Position numbers and translations under genes: made by a program. A stretch of DNA of 64,000 bases, from NCBI GenBank assembly GCA_965203445.1, contig OZ241883.1, positions 1,024,001 to 1,088,000 of the forward strand, in the 5' to 3' direction. The DNA comes from Candidatus Oxydemutator sp. Lineage in GTDB: Bacteria > Pseudomonadota > Gammaproteobacteria > Poriferisulfidales > Oxydemutatoraceae. Below the pieces are notes generated by a model, which was not told the DNA's origin, made no database searches, and was given only the letters and a program-made list of their open reading frames with translations. Positions 38,355 through 49,449 of this stretch are shown one piece after another; position 1 is the first letter of the stretch, and each line of letters begins with the position of its first letter.

Positions 38355-39124
38355 GCCGCCGCCTTTGCGCGCCCGCGTTCCACGCGTCGTTCGATAATCT
38401 GGCACACCTCGGCGGGGTGCGAGAGCACCAGCGCGTGGCCGGCGCCAGCGACGCGGTGAAAATGCCCGCGTTTCGCCAGGCTGGCGCTTTGCGCAAGCGC
38501 CGCCGGCGCCGCCAGCCGGTCTTGCGCGCCGGCGACGAAGTCCACGTGCCGGCGACAACCGCGCAGCTCCTCGCGCAAGTCGCAGTCGCCGAGAAAGCGC
38601 AGCGCCGCCGCCGCCTCGCGTCCCGGGCGCGCGGCGGCCGCCGTCAATCGCCGCAATACCGCCTTCGCGTTCCCGCACCCGGCGACCTGCCAACCGAGGA
38701 AGCGCGCCACGGCACTTTCGGCGTCATCCGCGAAAGACGCCGCGAAGTCGTCGAACGCGGCCCGCTCGATGCCGTGCGGCCAGTCGTCGCAGGCGACGAA
38801 ACGCGAGGGCGAGGCGAGGCAGACGACGCCCGCGGCGCGCTTTGGATGACGGCAGGCCACCGCCTGCGCCAGCAAGCCGCCGAGCGACCAGCCGACCCAC
38901 AGCGCGGGGCGCGCCACGGCCTCCGCCAGCGCGGCCACCAGCTCGTCGGGACGCGAAAACGACAGGTGCCCGTCGGCGCCCGGCACGCCGCCGGGCAGCG
39001 CGATGGTGACCAGCCGGTGGCGCTTTCGCAGGCGCGTGGCGACGTCCTCCCAGCAGCGGCGGGTCATCATCCAGCCGTGCACCAAAACGACGGGTGGGCG
39101 GATTCCGGCATCGGGCAATTTCAT
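38351..39124 (-). CDS. bioH: Pimeloyl-ACP methyl ester esterase BioH
   Basis: VLVHGW, GWSLGG, GAGHA; upstream of bioC. Confidence 0.85.
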   Translation of the reverse strand: MKLPDAGIRPPVVLVHGWMMTRRCWEDVATRLRKRHRLVTIALPGGVPGADGHLSFSRPDELVAALAEAVARPALWVGWSLGGLLAQAVACRHPKRAAGVVCLASPSRFVACDDWPHGIERAAFDDFAASFADDAESAVARFLGWQVAGCGNAKAVLRRLTAAAARPGREAAAALRFLGDCDLREELRGCRRHVDFVAGAQDRLAAPAALAQSASLAKRGHFHRVAGAGHALVLSHPAEVCQIIERRVERGRAKAAA

Positions 39125-39155
39125 AATTGGATTGTATCCGTAGAATAGCCGCATC

Positions 39156-39758
39156 GTGCCCGTCCCGGAAATTGTCGAAACCTTAGCCGTGTTGCTGGCC
39201 GCCTATCTGGTCGGCTCGATTTCGTTTGCGGTTTTGATCTGCCGTGCGCACGGTCGCCCCGATCCGCGCTCGATCGGGTCGGGCAATCCGGGCGCCACCA
39301 ACGTCGCGCGCGCCGCCGGCAAAACCGCCTCGGCGCTGACGTTGTTGGGCGACGCCGGCAAGGGCTGCGCCGTGGTGCTGGCGGTGCGTTACGCGCGTTT
39401 TTCCGAGCTTGTGGTCGCGCTCGCGGCGGTCGCCGTGTTTCTCGGCCATCTGTATCCGCTGTACCACCGGTTCGAGGGCGGCAAGGGCGTGGCCACCTGC
39501 ATGGGCTGTCTGTTCGGCCTGCATCCGCTCGCGGGCCTCGCCTGGGTCGGCGCGTGGCTGGTCGTCGCCGGCGCGTTTCGCTACGTCGCGCTCGCCGGCG
39601 TCGCAGCCGGCCTGGGCGCGCCGCTGCTGGTCTGGTGGAGCGCCGGTTGGGGGCCGCCGGTCGCAGCCGCGGCCGCGATGGGCGCGCTGATTCTCGTGCG
39701 CCACCGCGACAACCTGCGGCGCATACGGTGCGGCGAGGAGGAAAAACTATTCTCGTAA
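39156..39758 (+). CDS. plsY: Glycerol-3-phosphate acyltransferase PlsY
   Basis: YLVGSI, GSGNPGATN, GGKGVAT, RHRDNLRR. Confidence 0.95.
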   Translation: MPVPEIVETLAVLLAAYLVGSISFAVLICRAHGRPDPRSIGSGNPGATNVARAAGKTASALTLLGDAGKGCAVVLAVRYARFSELVVALAAVAVFLGHLYPLYHRFEGGKGVATCMGCLFGLHPLAGLAWVGAWLVVAGAFRYVALAGVAAGLGAPLLVWWSAGWGPPVAAAAAMGALILVRHRDNLRRIRCGEEEKLFS

Positions 39759-39831
39759 ATGACCACCGCCCGTTGCTTCCACTCTCTTGCCCCCCAGGTG
39801 CGTCGTTACACCCGGCGGCAACGCCGTCTTC

Positions 39832-40860
39832 CTATAATGCGGGTGTCGGCGGGCGCAATTCGGTCAGCGGCCAGCGCGCGTGTACGTGCGGCGCCGGGTC
39901 GGCGGTCTGGCCGGCTTGCAGGCGCAACATTCCGGCGTTGGCGATCATGACGCCGTTGTCGGTGCACCACTTCCTCTTCGGATACGTCACTTCGCAGCCG
40001 TCCGCGCCGAGCTTGGTGAGTTCGGCGCGCAGGCGTTTGTTGGCGGCGACGCCGCCGACGGCGACCAGGCGGTCCATGCCGGTGCGTCCGAGCGCGCGTC
40101 GGCAGCGTTGCGCCAGGGCGCCTACCGCCGCCGTCTCGAAGGCACATGCCAGGTCGGCACGGTCCTGTTCGTCGTCGCCGCCGTTGTCGTGCCGCAGTTT
40201 GTGCAGGGCATGCAGCGCATGGGTCTTCAGGCCGCTGAAGCTGAAGTCCAGGCCCGGATGGTTCGCCATCGGACGCGGGAACACGAGGCGTCCGGCGCGC
40301 CCGCGTCGCGCCAACCGTTCCAGCTCCGGGCCGCCCGGATAGCCCAGGCCCAGCATCCGGGCGACTTTGTCAAAGGCCTCGCCGACCGCGTCGTCGAGCG
40401 TATCTCCGAGCAGTTCGTAGCGGCCCAGGCCGTGCGCCGCGACCAGCTGGGTGTGGCCGCCCGACACCAGCAGCGCCAGGTACGGCAGCGGCGGCGCCTG
40501 CGGCAGCGTGCACGCGAGCATGTGCGCCTCCATGTGGTGCACGCCGATGGCCGGTTTGCCCAGTGCCCACGCCAGGCCGTGTCCGAATACGGCGCCGGCC
40601 AGCAGCGCGCCGCTCAGACCGGGACCGGCGGTGTAGGCCACCGCGTCCACCCGTTCGAGCGGCTCGTCGCAGAGCGCCTCGCGCAAAAGCGGCAGCAATT
40701 TGTGCACGTGGTCGCGCGCCGCCAGTTCCGGCACGACGCCGCCGTGCGGGCGGTGCGTCTCGATCTGGCTGAACAGCGCCTCGGCGACGACGCCTTCCTC
40801 GGAGTCCACCAGTCCAATGCCGGTTTCGTCGCACGAGGTCTCTATGCCGAGAACGCGCAC
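39832..40860 (-). CDS. tsaD: tRNA threonylcarbamoyladenosine biosynthesis protein TsaD
   Basis: [32 protein letters not shown]. Confidence 0.97.
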   Translation of the reverse strand: MRVLGIETSCDETGIGLVDSEEGVVAEALFSQIETHRPHGGVVPELAARDHVHKLLPLLREALCDEPLERVDAVAYTAGPGLSGALLAGAVFGHGLAWALGKPAIGVHHMEAHMLACTLPQAPPLPYLALLVSGGHTQLVAAHGLGRYELLGDTLDDAVGEAFDKVARMLGLGYPGGPELERLARRGRAGRLVFPRPMANHPGLDFSFSGLKTHALHALHKLRHDNGGDDEQDRADLACAFETAAVGALAQRCRRALGRTGMDRLVAVGGVAANKRLRAELTKLGADGCEVTYPKRKWCTDNGVMIANAGMLRLQAGQTADPAPHVHARWPLTELRPPTPAL

Positions 40861-40863
40861 GAG

Positions 40864-41424
40864 TCAGTAGAGCGAGCGCAGCGCGTTCAGCGTCAGGTAC
40901 AGCAAAAGCAGCACCGCCAACGCGCTGAAGTCTATCGCTCCGAACGGCGGCAGCAGGCGCCGCGCTGGCTCCAGCAGCGGCTCGGCTATGCCGTGGAGCA
41001 ACGACAGGAACGGGTTGGCAAACGCCTGCGCCCCGCTGACGAACCAGCTGCTGACGGCTATGATAAAGATGCTGACCATGTACGTTTGCACCAACAGTTC
41101 GCCAAGCTGTATCAGCCCCACCGTCAGCAGCGTCGGCGCCGGCGGCGAATATCCCTGAAAGCCGGCGACGAGGAACAATTCGAGCACCTTCACCAAATAG
41201 GCCAGCAGCCAGCAAGAAGAGTCCCATCTGCCGGTGCTTGGAATGATCTTTCGCGCCAGCGCGAGCGGCGGTTCGGTCAGCCGCACGATGGTCTGCGACA
41301 ACGGGTTGTAGAAGTCGGCGTGCGCCATTGCCAGCAGGCCGCGCACCACCAGCAGCAGCGCATAGAAGGTCAGCAGCGTGTCGGTTGCGAACAGCAGGGC
41401 GCGCTCGGGCGTGCCTTCGAACAT
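40864..41424 (-). CDS. yggT: YggT family membrane protein
   Basis: ADFYNPLSQ..VRLTEP, EPLLEPARRLLPP..IDFS. Confidence 0.9.
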   Translation of the reverse strand: MFEGTPERALLFATDTLLTFYALLLVVRGLLAMAHADFYNPLSQTIVRLTEPPLALARKIIPSTGRWDSSCWLLAYLVKVLELFLVAGFQGYSPPAPTLLTVGLIQLGELLVQTYMVSIFIIAVSSWFVSGAQAFANPFLSLLHGIAEPLLEPARRLLPPFGAIDFSALAVLLLLYLTLNALRSLY

Positions 41425-42257
41425 CAGTCGTGCTCCGGTGCCGCGACGTTCGCGGCGATCTCGGCGGCGCGCGCGGTCGCGGCCGCCAGCACCGCTTCGG
41501 CGAGTTCGGCGATGCCCGCTCGCTCCATTGCCGCCAAGCCGCGTTCGGTGGTGCCGCCCGGCGACGTCACCTGGCGGCGCAGCGCGGCGACGTCGCCGCC
41601 GGCCGCGTCGGTCAGCGCGGCGGCGCCGCGGAAGGTGCCGACCGCGAGCCGCCGCGCGGCGTGCGCTTCAAGCCCCAACCTCGCGGCGGCGTCCGCGAAT
41701 GCCTCGGTTACGCGAAAGAAATAGGCCGGGCCGCTGCCGGACAGCGCGGTGACCAGGTTCATTTGTGTCTCGTCGTCCAGCCATACCGTGGTCGCGGCCG
41801 TGCCCAACAGCGCCTCGACCTCGTCGCGTTGCGCCTGCGACACGCGCGCGCCGGCGCACAACGCGGCGACGCCGCGCGCGGCCGCGACCGGTGTGTTCGG
41901 CATACAACGGATAATCGCGAGGCGTGCGCCGCTCCACGCGTCGAGCAGCGCCAGCGGCACGCCGGCGGCGACCGAGACCAGCGGCGCGCCGCGCCGCGCC
42001 AGCACGCCGGAGACGTCGCGGCAGACCGCCTGGACGGCGTCGGGTTTGACGCACGCGAAGGCCACGTCGCAATCCTCGACCGCGTCGCGGTTCGAGGTCG
42101 CCGTCGCAAGCCCCGGATGGCGCGCGGCCAATTTCGCCAGCCGCCCGGCGTCGGGGTCGGATACGCGAAACGAACCGGCCTCGAGACCGCCGGCGGTGAG
42201 GCCGTCCACCAGGCAGCGCGCTATATTGCCGGCGCCGAGGAACGCGACCTTCGGCAT
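41424..42257 (-). CDS. proC: Pyrroline-5-carboxylate reductase
   Basis: FLGAGNIA, RCMPNTP, TALSGSGPAY, VTSPGGTT. Confidence 0.95.
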   Translation of the reverse strand: MPKVAFLGAGNIARCLVDGLTAGGLEAGSFRVSDPDAGRLAKLAARHPGLATATSNRDAVEDCDVAFACVKPDAVQAVCRDVSGVLARRGAPLVSVAAGVPLALLDAWSGARLAIIRCMPNTPVAAARGVAALCAGARVSQAQRDEVEALLGTAATTVWLDDETQMNLVTALSGSGPAYFFRVTEAFADAAARLGLEAHAARRLAVGTFRGAAALTDAAGGDVAALRRQVTSPGGTTERGLAAMERAGIAELAEAVLAAATARAAEIAANVAAPEHD

Positions 42258-42760
42258 CACGCGGTCTCGCGCTTTTTCAGCAACACCGAGGCGCATACCA
42301 GCGCCAGCGCGATGAACAACAGCAGCGTCTGCTGTGCGAGGGTCAGGCCGAGAAAAGTCCACGCGACTTCAGCACATTCGCCGGCGCTGTTCAGCACCGT
42401 TTGCAGCGCCTCGAGCAGGGGGAATTGGTCGAACAGGTAATCCAGCCCCGGCGTGCACTCCGGCAGTTCCTCGGGCGGCAGGCTTTGCAGCCAGACGTGG
42501 CGTCCGGCCAGACCGATGCCGGCGGCGCAGACCAGCAGGCCGGCCGCGGCGTAGAGGCGTTGGCCGAGCACGCCCGGGTCGTGCAGCGCCGCGGCCAGGA
42601 ACAAGGCCGCGGCCAGCGCGACGACCCAGCGGGCGAGGATGCAAAGCGGGCACGGTTCGAGACCGAGCGCGCCTTGCAGCAGGAAAACCGCGACGGTCAG
42701 CGCGCCGGCGGCGAGAACGAATCCGCCCGTGTGCAGGCTGCGGCAGGAAGGCAGAAGCAT
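42257..42760 (-). CDS. dsbB: Disulfide bond formation protein DsbB
   Basis: LEPCPLCILAR, RHVWLQ, second Cys pair. Confidence 0.92.
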   Translation of the reverse strand: MLLPSCRSLHTGGFVLAAGALTVAVFLLQGALGLEPCPLCILARWVVALAAALFLAAALHDPGVLGQRLYAAAGLLVCAAGIGLAGRHVWLQSLPPEELPECTPGLDYLFDQFPLLEALQTVLNSAGECAEVAWTFLGLTLAQQTLLLFIALALVCASVLLKKRETA

Positions 42761-42997
42761 GGCCGCGCATTATACGCCGCCGCAACCGGCCAAAAAACTT
42801 TGTCGTTGTTGGCACTCCGATTGTCGGCGGGCCACTCTCGGTTCTTTTGCGGCGGCCACGGCCGTCGTCGGCGCAACCGTCGTTGGTGTCGGTGTCGGTC
42901 TCGGCGATGCCGATTGATTGTGGCGGGAGGCTGAAAACGGCGCGGATCGTCGGCACGTTGTGCCTCCAGCGGATGATTAAGTGAGGAAGCGCGGGTC

Positions 42998-43027
42998 AAA
43001 AAAGGTGGCGCCCCGGGCGGGGCGCCT
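42998..43027 (-). terminator. Rho-independent terminator downstream of nrdB
   Basis: Minus-strand ggcgccccg/cggggcgcc hairpin followed by a T6 tract. Confidence 0.7.
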
Positions 43028-43086
43028 TGCTCAAGGAAGAGCAAAAAGATGGAGGAGGAAAGGAATGGAGGAGAAAATGCGGTGGT

Positions 43087-44331
43087 TCAATCCCAGTTGA
43101 GCGCTCCGCCGGTCTGATATTCGATCACCCGCGTCTCGAAGAAGTTCTTCTCTTTCTTCAGGTCCAAGATCTCCGACATCCACGGAAACGGGTTGGTCGC
43201 GCCCGGGAATTGCTCGGGCAGCTCGATCTGCGACAGCCTGCGGTTGGCGATGAACTCGACGTACTGCTTGAACAGGTTGGCGTTCATGCCGAGCATGCCG
43301 CGCGGCATCGTGTCCTCGGCGTAGAGCTGCTCGTAGCGCACGCCCTCCAGAATCAGCTCGGTTACCTCCCGCTGGAAGTCCTCGTTCCACAGGTGGGGGT
43401 TCTCGGTCTTGATCTGGTTGATTACGTCTATGCCGAAGTTCATGTGCATTGACTCGTCGCGCAGGATGTACTGAAACTGCTCGGCCACGCCGGTCATCTT
43501 GTTGCGCTGCCCCATGGACAGGATCTGCGCGAAGCCGACGTAGAAGAAGATGCCCTCGAACACGACGTAGAAGGCGATCAGGTCGCGCAACAGGCGCCGG
43601 TCGTTGTCGGGAGTGCCGGTGCGGAACTCAGGATCGCCCAGGCTCCGCGTGTAGGGCAGCGCCCATTCGGATTTGCGCGCCACCGACGGCAGCTCGCGGT
43701 ACATGTTGAACACCTCGCCCTCGTCCAGGCCGAGCGACTCGATGCAGTACTGGTAGGCGTGGGTGTGCAGCGCCTCCTCGAACGCCTGGCGCAGCAGGTA
43801 CTGGCGGCATTCGGGGTTGGTGATATGGCGGTAGAGCGCGAGCACCAGGTTGTTTGCGACCAGCGAGTCGGCGGTCGAGAAGAAGCCCAGGTTGCGCTTG
43901 ACCACCATGCGCTCGTCCTCGCTCAGGCCGTCCTCGCTCTTCCACAGCGCGATGTCGGCGGTCATGTTGATTTCCTGCGGCATCCAGTGGTTGTTGCAGG
44001 CGGCCAGGTATTTGTCCCAGGCCCACGTGTATTTGAACGGCACCAGCTGGTTCAGGTCGGCGCGGCAGTTGATGATCCGCTTGTCGTCCACCTGGATGCG
44101 CGAGGCGCCCATTTCTATCGCCTCGAGACCGGTGGCGCCGCCCGCGCCCCGCCGGCCCGCGCCGTTGGTGTCCTTTCCGGTCTTGCGCGGCGCATCCGGC
44201 GCGTCGGCGGCGGGCGCCGTCGGCGGCACCGCGCCCGGGGAGGGCGGAGGGCGCGCCGTGCGCGCGCGCATCGGCGGCGGCGCCAAGTCTGCCAGCGGGT
44301 CTTTCCATTCGGACGGGTTTATCGTCTGCAT
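43087..44331 (-). CDS. nrdB: Ribonucleotide reductase class Ia beta subunit
   Basis: [16 protein letters not shown] (radical Tyr present), [14 protein letters not shown]. Confidence 0.95.
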   Translation of the reverse strand: MQTINPSEWKDPLADLAPPPMRARTARPPPSPGAVPPTAPAADAPDAPRKTGKDTNGAGRRGAGGATGLEAIEMGASRIQVDDKRIINCRADLNQLVPFKYTWAWDKYLAACNNHWMPQEINMTADIALWKSEDGLSEDERMVVKRNLGFFSTADSLVANNLVLALYRHITNPECRQYLLRQAFEEALHTHAYQYCIESLGLDEGEVFNMYRELPSVARKSEWALPYTRSLGDPEFRTGTPDNDRRLLRDLIAFYVVFEGIFFYVGFAQILSMGQRNKMTGVAEQFQYILRDESMHMNFGIDVINQIKTENPHLWNEDFQREVTELILEGVRYEQLYAEDTMPRGMLGMNANLFKQYVEFIANRRLSQIELPEQFPGATNPFPWMSEILDLKKEKNFFETRVIEYQTGGALNWD

Positions 44332-44356
44332 GTTCGCCTCCTCCTTTTGGGTATCG

Positions 44357-47266
44357 TCATTGGCAGGCCTCACATTCGGCGTCGTCCAGCAGGCACGCGC
44401 GCGACGCGTCGCCCGTGGCGGACGCCTCGGCCGCGGGCGCGGTCGGCACCGCGTTGAGGTTGCCGTCGGTTTTCTCCATCGTGCTTTTCTCGACGTGCGT
44501 GGCACCCAGCGAGCGCAGGTAGTACGTCGTTTTCAGGCCCCTGAGCCACGCCAGCTTGTACAGGCTGTCCATCTTCCTGCCGTCCGGCTCGGCCATGTAC
44601 AGGTTCAGCGACTGCGCCTGGTCTATCCATTTCTGGCGCCTGGCCGCGGCCTCGACCAGCCAGCGCGGGTCAATCTCGAACGCGGTCGCATAGAGCGACT
44701 TGATCTCGTCGGGCACGCGGTCGAGCCGCTGGATGCCGCCGTCGTAGTACTTCAGGTCGTTGACCGTGACCTCGTCCCATAGCTCGAGCTTTTTGAGGTC
44801 GTCCACCAGGTACGAGTTGATGACCGTGAACTCGCCCGACAGGTTGGATTTGACGAACAGGTTGCGGTAGGTCGGCTCTATGCTCTGGGTCACGTTGCAG
44901 ACGTTCGAGATGGTCGCGGTCGGCGCGATCGCCATCGTGTTCGAGTTGCGCATGCCGACCGTCTTGACGCGCTTGCGCAGCGCGTTCCAGTCGAGCGTCG
45001 AGGAGTCGTCCACCTGCAACAGGCCGTCGCGCGCCTTGGCGAGCAGGCGCAGCGAATCAATCGGCAGCACGCCCTGGCTCCACAGCGAGCCCGGGTAGCT
45101 CTGATAAACGCCGCGCTCCTCGGCCAAGTCGGTCGAGGCCTTGATCGCGCAGTAGCTGACCGCCTCCATCGAGCGGTCGGCGAACTCCACCGCCCGTTCG
45201 TCGGCGTACGGCAGGCGCAGCTTGTAGAGCGCGTCCTGAAAGCCCATCAGCCCGAGTCCGACCGGCCGGTGGCGCAGGTTGGAGTCGCGCGCCTTGCGCA
45301 CGCTGTAGTAGTTGTAGTCGATTACGTTGTCGAGCATGCGCATCGCGGTGCCGACGGTTTTCTCGAGCCGCTCCATCAGCAGGCCGTTCTCGTCCACGTG
45401 CAGCGCGAGGTTGACCGATCCTAAGTTGCACACCGCGATCTCGTCGTCCGACGTGTTCAGCGTGATCTCGGTGCACAGGTTGGACGAGTGGACGACGCCG
45501 GCGTGGCGTTGCGGCGAGCGCAGGTTGCACGAGTCCTTGAAGGCCAGCCACGGGTGGCCGGTCTCGTAGAGCATGTTCAGCATCTTGCGCCACAGGTCGG
45601 CGGCGCGCACGCGCTTGAAGTTGGCAATCCTGCCGGCGTCGGCGTCGGCCTCGTACTCGGCGTAGCGCTTCTCGAATTCCTCGCCGCAGAGCTCGTGCAG
45701 ATCGGCCGTCTCGCTCGGCGAGAACAGCGTCCACGTGCCGTCTTCCTTGAGGCGCTTCATGAACAGATCCGGGATCCAATTCGCGGTGTTCATGTCGTGC
45801 GTGCGGCGGCGGTCGTCGCCGGTGTTTTTGCGCAGCTCGAGGAACTCCTCGACGTCCAGGTGCCAGGTTTCGAGGTAAGCGCACACCGCGCCCTTGCGCT
45901 TGCCGCCCTGGTTGACCGCGACCGCGGTGTCGTTGGCCACTTTCAGGAACGGGACGATGCCCTGCGACTTGCCGTTGGTGCTTTTGATGCGCGAACCCAT
46001 CGCGCGCACGCGCGTCCAGTCGTTGCCGAGACCGCCCGCGAACTTCGACAGCATCGCGTTGTCCCGCACGGCCTCGAAGATGCCGTGCAGGTCGTCGGCC
46101 ACCGTGGTCAGGTAGCACGACGACAGTTGCGGGCGCAGCGTGCCGGAGTTGAACAGCGTCGGCGTCGAACTCATAAAGGCGAACGACGACAGCAGATCGT
46201 AGAACTCGACGGCGCGCCGCTCGCGCTCCACCTCGTTCATCGCCAGTCCCATGGCCACGCGCAGGAAGAACGCTTGTGGCAGCTCGAAGCGCACCTCGTC
46301 CCAGTGGATGAAGTAGCGGTCGTAGAGCGTTTGCAGCCCGAGGTAGTTGAAGGCGTGGTCGCGCTCGGGCTTGATGGCCGAGGCCAGGCGGTCGAGGTCG
46401 AATTCGTCGCGCAGCCTCGGGTCGAGCAGCTCCAGCTCGCAGCCGCGCTCGACGTAGCGCTTGAAGTAGTCGGGGTAGCGCGCCGTCATCTCGCCGTGCG
46501 TCGCCTCGTCGGGGCGCCCGGCCAGGAAGCTCAGCGCCTCGCGGCGCAGTTTGTCCAGCAGCAGGCGCGCCGAGACCAGACTGTAGTTCGGCTCCCTCTC
46601 GACCATCGCGCGCGCGCTCATGATCAACGCGACGCTGACGTCCGCGGCCCTCATGCCGCTGAACAGGTTGCGCAGCGTCTCCTCGACGATCGGCTGCGTC
46701 TCGACGCACGCGGTGTCACGGCATGCCTCCTCGACGATAGTGCGCAGGCGCGCGAGGTCGAGCGGCTTCATCGTTCCGTCCTCGTGCTCGACCGCGATCT
46801 CGCCGTCGGTGCCGGCGTCGTCGTCGCGTCGCCGTTGGTCGTCGTCGAGGCGTTCCCGGGCGCGCTGCTCGCGGTAGAGGACGTAGGAGCGCGCGACTTT
46901 GTGGTGGCCGTCGCGCATCAACGCCAGTTCGACCTGATCCTGTATATCCTCTATATGAAAGGATTCTCCGCCGCTGCGATTGCGCGCCAGCGCGGCCACG
47001 ACCTGAGCGGTCAGGCCGTGGACGATCTCGTGGACGCGCGGGGACGCCGCCGCGCTTCTGCCCTCGACGGCCAGAAACGCCTTGGTCAGCGCGAGCGTGA
47101 TCTTCGACGGATCGAACGCGGTGACCTTGCCGTTGCGGCGTATCACCTTATACTGCGTCGCCGCCGTCGTTGTCGTCGCGGTCGTGGAGGGGGCTTCGGT
47201 CGTGGCGACGGCGGCCGGATTTTCGGCGTTCGTGGTCGCAGCCGGCGCGGTCGGTTGTGTTTGCAT
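44357..47266 (-). CDS. nrdA: Ribonucleotide reductase class Ia alpha subunit with N-terminal ATP cones
   Basis: VIRRNG ATP cone plus a second cone, [29 protein letters not shown]-terminal CEACQ. Confidence 0.96.
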   Translation of the reverse strand: MQTQPTAPAATTNAENPAAVATTEAPSTTATTTTAATQYKVIRRNGKVTAFDPSKITLALTKAFLAVEGRSAAASPRVHEIVHGLTAQVVAALARNRSGGESFHIEDIQDQVELALMRDGHHKVARSYVLYREQRARERLDDDQRRRDDDAGTDGEIAVEHEDGTMKPLDLARLRTIVEEACRDTACVETQPIVEETLRNLFSGMRAADVSVALIMSARAMVEREPNYSLVSARLLLDKLRREALSFLAGRPDEATHGEMTARYPDYFKRYVERGCELELLDPRLRDEFDLDRLASAIKPERDHAFNYLGLQTLYDRYFIHWDEVRFELPQAFFLRVAMGLAMNEVERERRAVEFYDLLSSFAFMSSTPTLFNSGTLRPQLSSCYLTTVADDLHGIFEAVRDNAMLSKFAGGLGNDWTRVRAMGSRIKSTNGKSQGIVPFLKVANDTAVAVNQGGKRKGAVCAYLETWHLDVEEFLELRKNTGDDRRRTHDMNTANWIPDLFMKRLKEDGTWTLFSPSETADLHELCGEEFEKRYAEYEADADAGRIANFKRVRAADLWRKMLNMLYETGHPWLAFKDSCNLRSPQRHAGVVHSSNLCTEITLNTSDDEIAVCNLGSVNLALHVDENGLLMERLEKTVGTAMRMLDNVIDYNYYSVRKARDSNLRHRPVGLGLMGFQDALYKLRLPYADERAVEFADRSMEAVSYCAIKASTDLAEERGVYQSYPGSLWSQGVLPIDSLRLLAKARDGLLQVDDSSTLDWNALRKRVKTVGMRNSNTMAIAPTATISNVCNVTQSIEPTYRNLFVKSNLSGEFTVINSYLVDDLKKLELWDEVTVNDLKYYDGGIQRLDRVPDEIKSLYATAFEIDPRWLVEAAARRQKWIDQAQSLNLYMAEPDGRKMDSLYKLAWLRGLKTTYYLRSLGATHVEKSTMEKTDGNLNAVPTAPAAEASATGDASRACLLDDAECEACQ

Positions 47267-47311
47267 AAGGAAAAATGCCCCGTCTGGTTGATGAAAGTAA
47301 GGGTTGAAAAG

Positions 47312-47358
47312 CACAACATATGGTAAATAAACCGTCCCGTCAATACAATATGTTGAGT
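47312..47358. promoter_or_regulatory. Tandem NrdR boxes upstream of nrdA
   Basis: cacaacatatggtaaa (47312) and atacaatatgttgagt (47343), 31 bp apart, resembling the NrdR-box palindrome acaCwAtATaTwGtg. Confidence 0.75.
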
Positions 47359-47392
47359 TTTTCTTGTTATTTCCGGTCGCAAAGCTTGTCTA

Positions 47393-49393
47393 ATGCCTGT
47401 GGATAACCGCGAGAGACCCCATCGCCATAAGGCACATATCGGCGCCGACACCGGGGGTACGTTCACCGACCTCGTCCTGTTCGACGGCAAGCGCCTGCGC
47501 ACGCACAAGATTCTGTCGACGCCGGACGGCCCGGAGCGGGCGATAGTCGCCGGGGTGCGCGCCGTCGGTGCCGACGTCGGTGGCGCGCTCGAGCTGACGC
47601 AAGGTTCGACCGTCGGCACCAACGCGGTGCTCGAAGGCAAGGGCGCCAGGACCGCCTACGTCACGAACCGCGGCTTCGCCGATACGCTGGCGATAGCGCG
47701 CCAGGCGCGCACTGGACTGTATAACTTGAAACCGGCGCCGCGACCGAACCCGGTGCCGCCGCAACTGTGCCTGGAGACCGGCGGGCGCGTGGCCGCGGAC
47801 GGTGCGGTGTTGGAGGACTTGAGCGTCGCCGACGTCGCGGCGCTGGGGCGGCGCCTGAAGGCATTGGCGCCGGACGCGGTCGCCGTCAACCTGCTGTTTT
47901 CGTTCCTCGACGCGCGTTTCGAGGAGCAACTGGCGGCGGCGTTCGGGTGCGACTACTTTGTGTCGTTGTCGTCGCGCGTCTGCCCGATGCCCGGCGAATA
48001 CGAACGCGGCGTCGCCACTTGGTTGAACGCCTATATCGGGCCACTGATGCGCGCGTGGCTCCTGAAGTTATGCTCGGCCCTGCCGCGCGCGACGATCCGC
48101 GTGATGCAAAGCCACGGCAAGACCGCCGCGGCCACGCGGGCCGCCGACCAGGCGGTGCATCTGTTGCTGTCCGGCCCGGCCGGCGGCGTCATCGCGGTGG
48201 ACTATCTGGCGCGCCTGATCGGCGAGCGCAAGGTGCTCAGCTTCGACATGGGCGGCACCTCGACCGACGTGTCGGTGTTGAACGGCGGCGTCGCGCTGAC
48301 GACCGAAGGGAGCGTCGGCCCTTACCCGGTGGCGGTACCGATGGCGGACGTGCATACCATAGGCGCCGGCGGCGGTTCCATCGTGCGTGTGGACGAAGGC
48401 GGGCTGCTGCAAGTCGGCCCCGAATCCGCCGGCGCCTCGCCCGGCCCCGCCTGCTATGGTTTGGGCGGGCTGCGTCCGACGGTCACCGATGCCAACCTGC
48501 TGCTCGGGCGCCTGCCGGTCTCGCTGCGCGGCCTCGAGTTGAGCCGCGCCGCGGCCGCGCGCGCCTTTCACCCGCTGGCGGCCGCGTTGGGAAAGGATGA
48601 GACGGAGACCGCGCACGGCGTCGTTGCGACCGTCAACGAACAGATGATACGCGCGCTGCGCGCGATGTCGGCGGAGAGGACCTACGACCCTTCGGAGTTC
48701 CTGCTGGTCGGTTTCGGCGCCGCCGGCGGCTTGCACGTCTGCGCGCTGGCCGACGGTATCGGCATCAGGCGGGCGCTGGTGCCGGCGCACGCGGGCGTGC
48801 TGTCGGCGCTCGGCATGTTGGTCGCGTCGCGCGGCCTGGAGAAGACTGCCGCCGTCTGCGAGTTGCTGCGTGAGTTGTCGGCCGGGCGCGCGACGGCGGT
48901 GCGTCGCAGGTTGGAGACCGCCGCCGCCGCCGATCTGCGCGCGCAGGGAATCAACGACTATGAAACGCGCCTGTTTGCCGATCTGCGCTATCGCGGACAA
49001 TGGTCGTGCCTGACGCTGCCGTGGCAGTCTCTGGTGCGCCTCGAGGAGGCTTTTCACGAGGCGCACGAGGCGCGTTACGGCCATCGTTTGAAAATTCCGG
49101 TCGAGCTGGCGGCGTTGAAACTCCAGGCGTACGCGGCCGCTGCGGTGGACGTGGCCGCGGCGCTGCGGCGCGCGGCGGCCGACGTCAATCGGGCACGCAC
49201 TTTGCAACGGAAGACAGCCTTTGCGGTTGGTGCCGAGTTGCCCGTCTATCAACGCCGCAACCTGTCGTTGACCGGGGTCGTGTCGGGCCCCGCGGTCATC
49301 GTCGAGGACACCGGGACGGTGTACCTGGCGCCCGGTTGGAACGCGCGCCTTGATGATTACGGCAATCTGACGTTGGCCGGATCGTCGGACTAA
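47393..49393 (+). CDS. Hydantoinase/5-oxoprolinase family subunit A
   Basis: DTGGTFTD, SGPAGG, DMGGTSTD, GAGGGS, PTVTDANL. Confidence 0.92.
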   Translation: MPVDNRERPHRHKAHIGADTGGTFTDLVLFDGKRLRTHKILSTPDGPERAIVAGVRAVGADVGGALELTQGSTVGTNAVLEGKGARTAYVTNRGFADTLAIARQARTGLYNLKPAPRPNPVPPQLCLETGGRVAADGAVLEDLSVADVAALGRRLKALAPDAVAVNLLFSFLDARFEEQLAAAFGCDYFVSLSSRVCPMPGEYERGVATWLNAYIGPLMRAWLLKLCSALPRATIRVMQSHGKTAAATRAADQAVHLLLSGPAGGVIAVDYLARLIGERKVLSFDMGGTSTDVSVLNGGVALTTEGSVGPYPVAVPMADVHTIGAGGGSIVRVDEGGLLQVGPESAGASPGPACYGLGGLRPTVTDANLLLGRLPVSLRGLELSRAAAARAFHPLAAALGKDETETAHGVVATVNEQMIRALRAMSAERTYDPSEFLLVGFGAAGGLHVCALADGIGIRRALVPAHAGVLSALGMLVASRGLEKTAAVCELLRELSAGRATAVRRRLETAAAADLRAQGINDYETRLFADLRYRGQWSCLTLPWQSLVRLEEAFHEAHEARYGHRLKIPVELAALKLQAYAAAAVDVAAALRRAAADVNRARTLQRKTAFAVGAELPVYQRRNLSLTGVVSGPAVIVEDTGTVYLAPGWNARLDDYGNLTLAGSSD

Positions 49394-49449
49394 GCCGGAT
49401 GGCGCGCGAATATGGACAACGGCGGATGATACTGGTTTAATCGGCGACT

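Noticed and set aside
43087-44331. Class Ic (Mn/Fe) ribonucleotide reductase
   Set aside because: The radical-site Tyr (EEALHTHAY) and first-ligand Asp (STADS) are present, as in class Ia.
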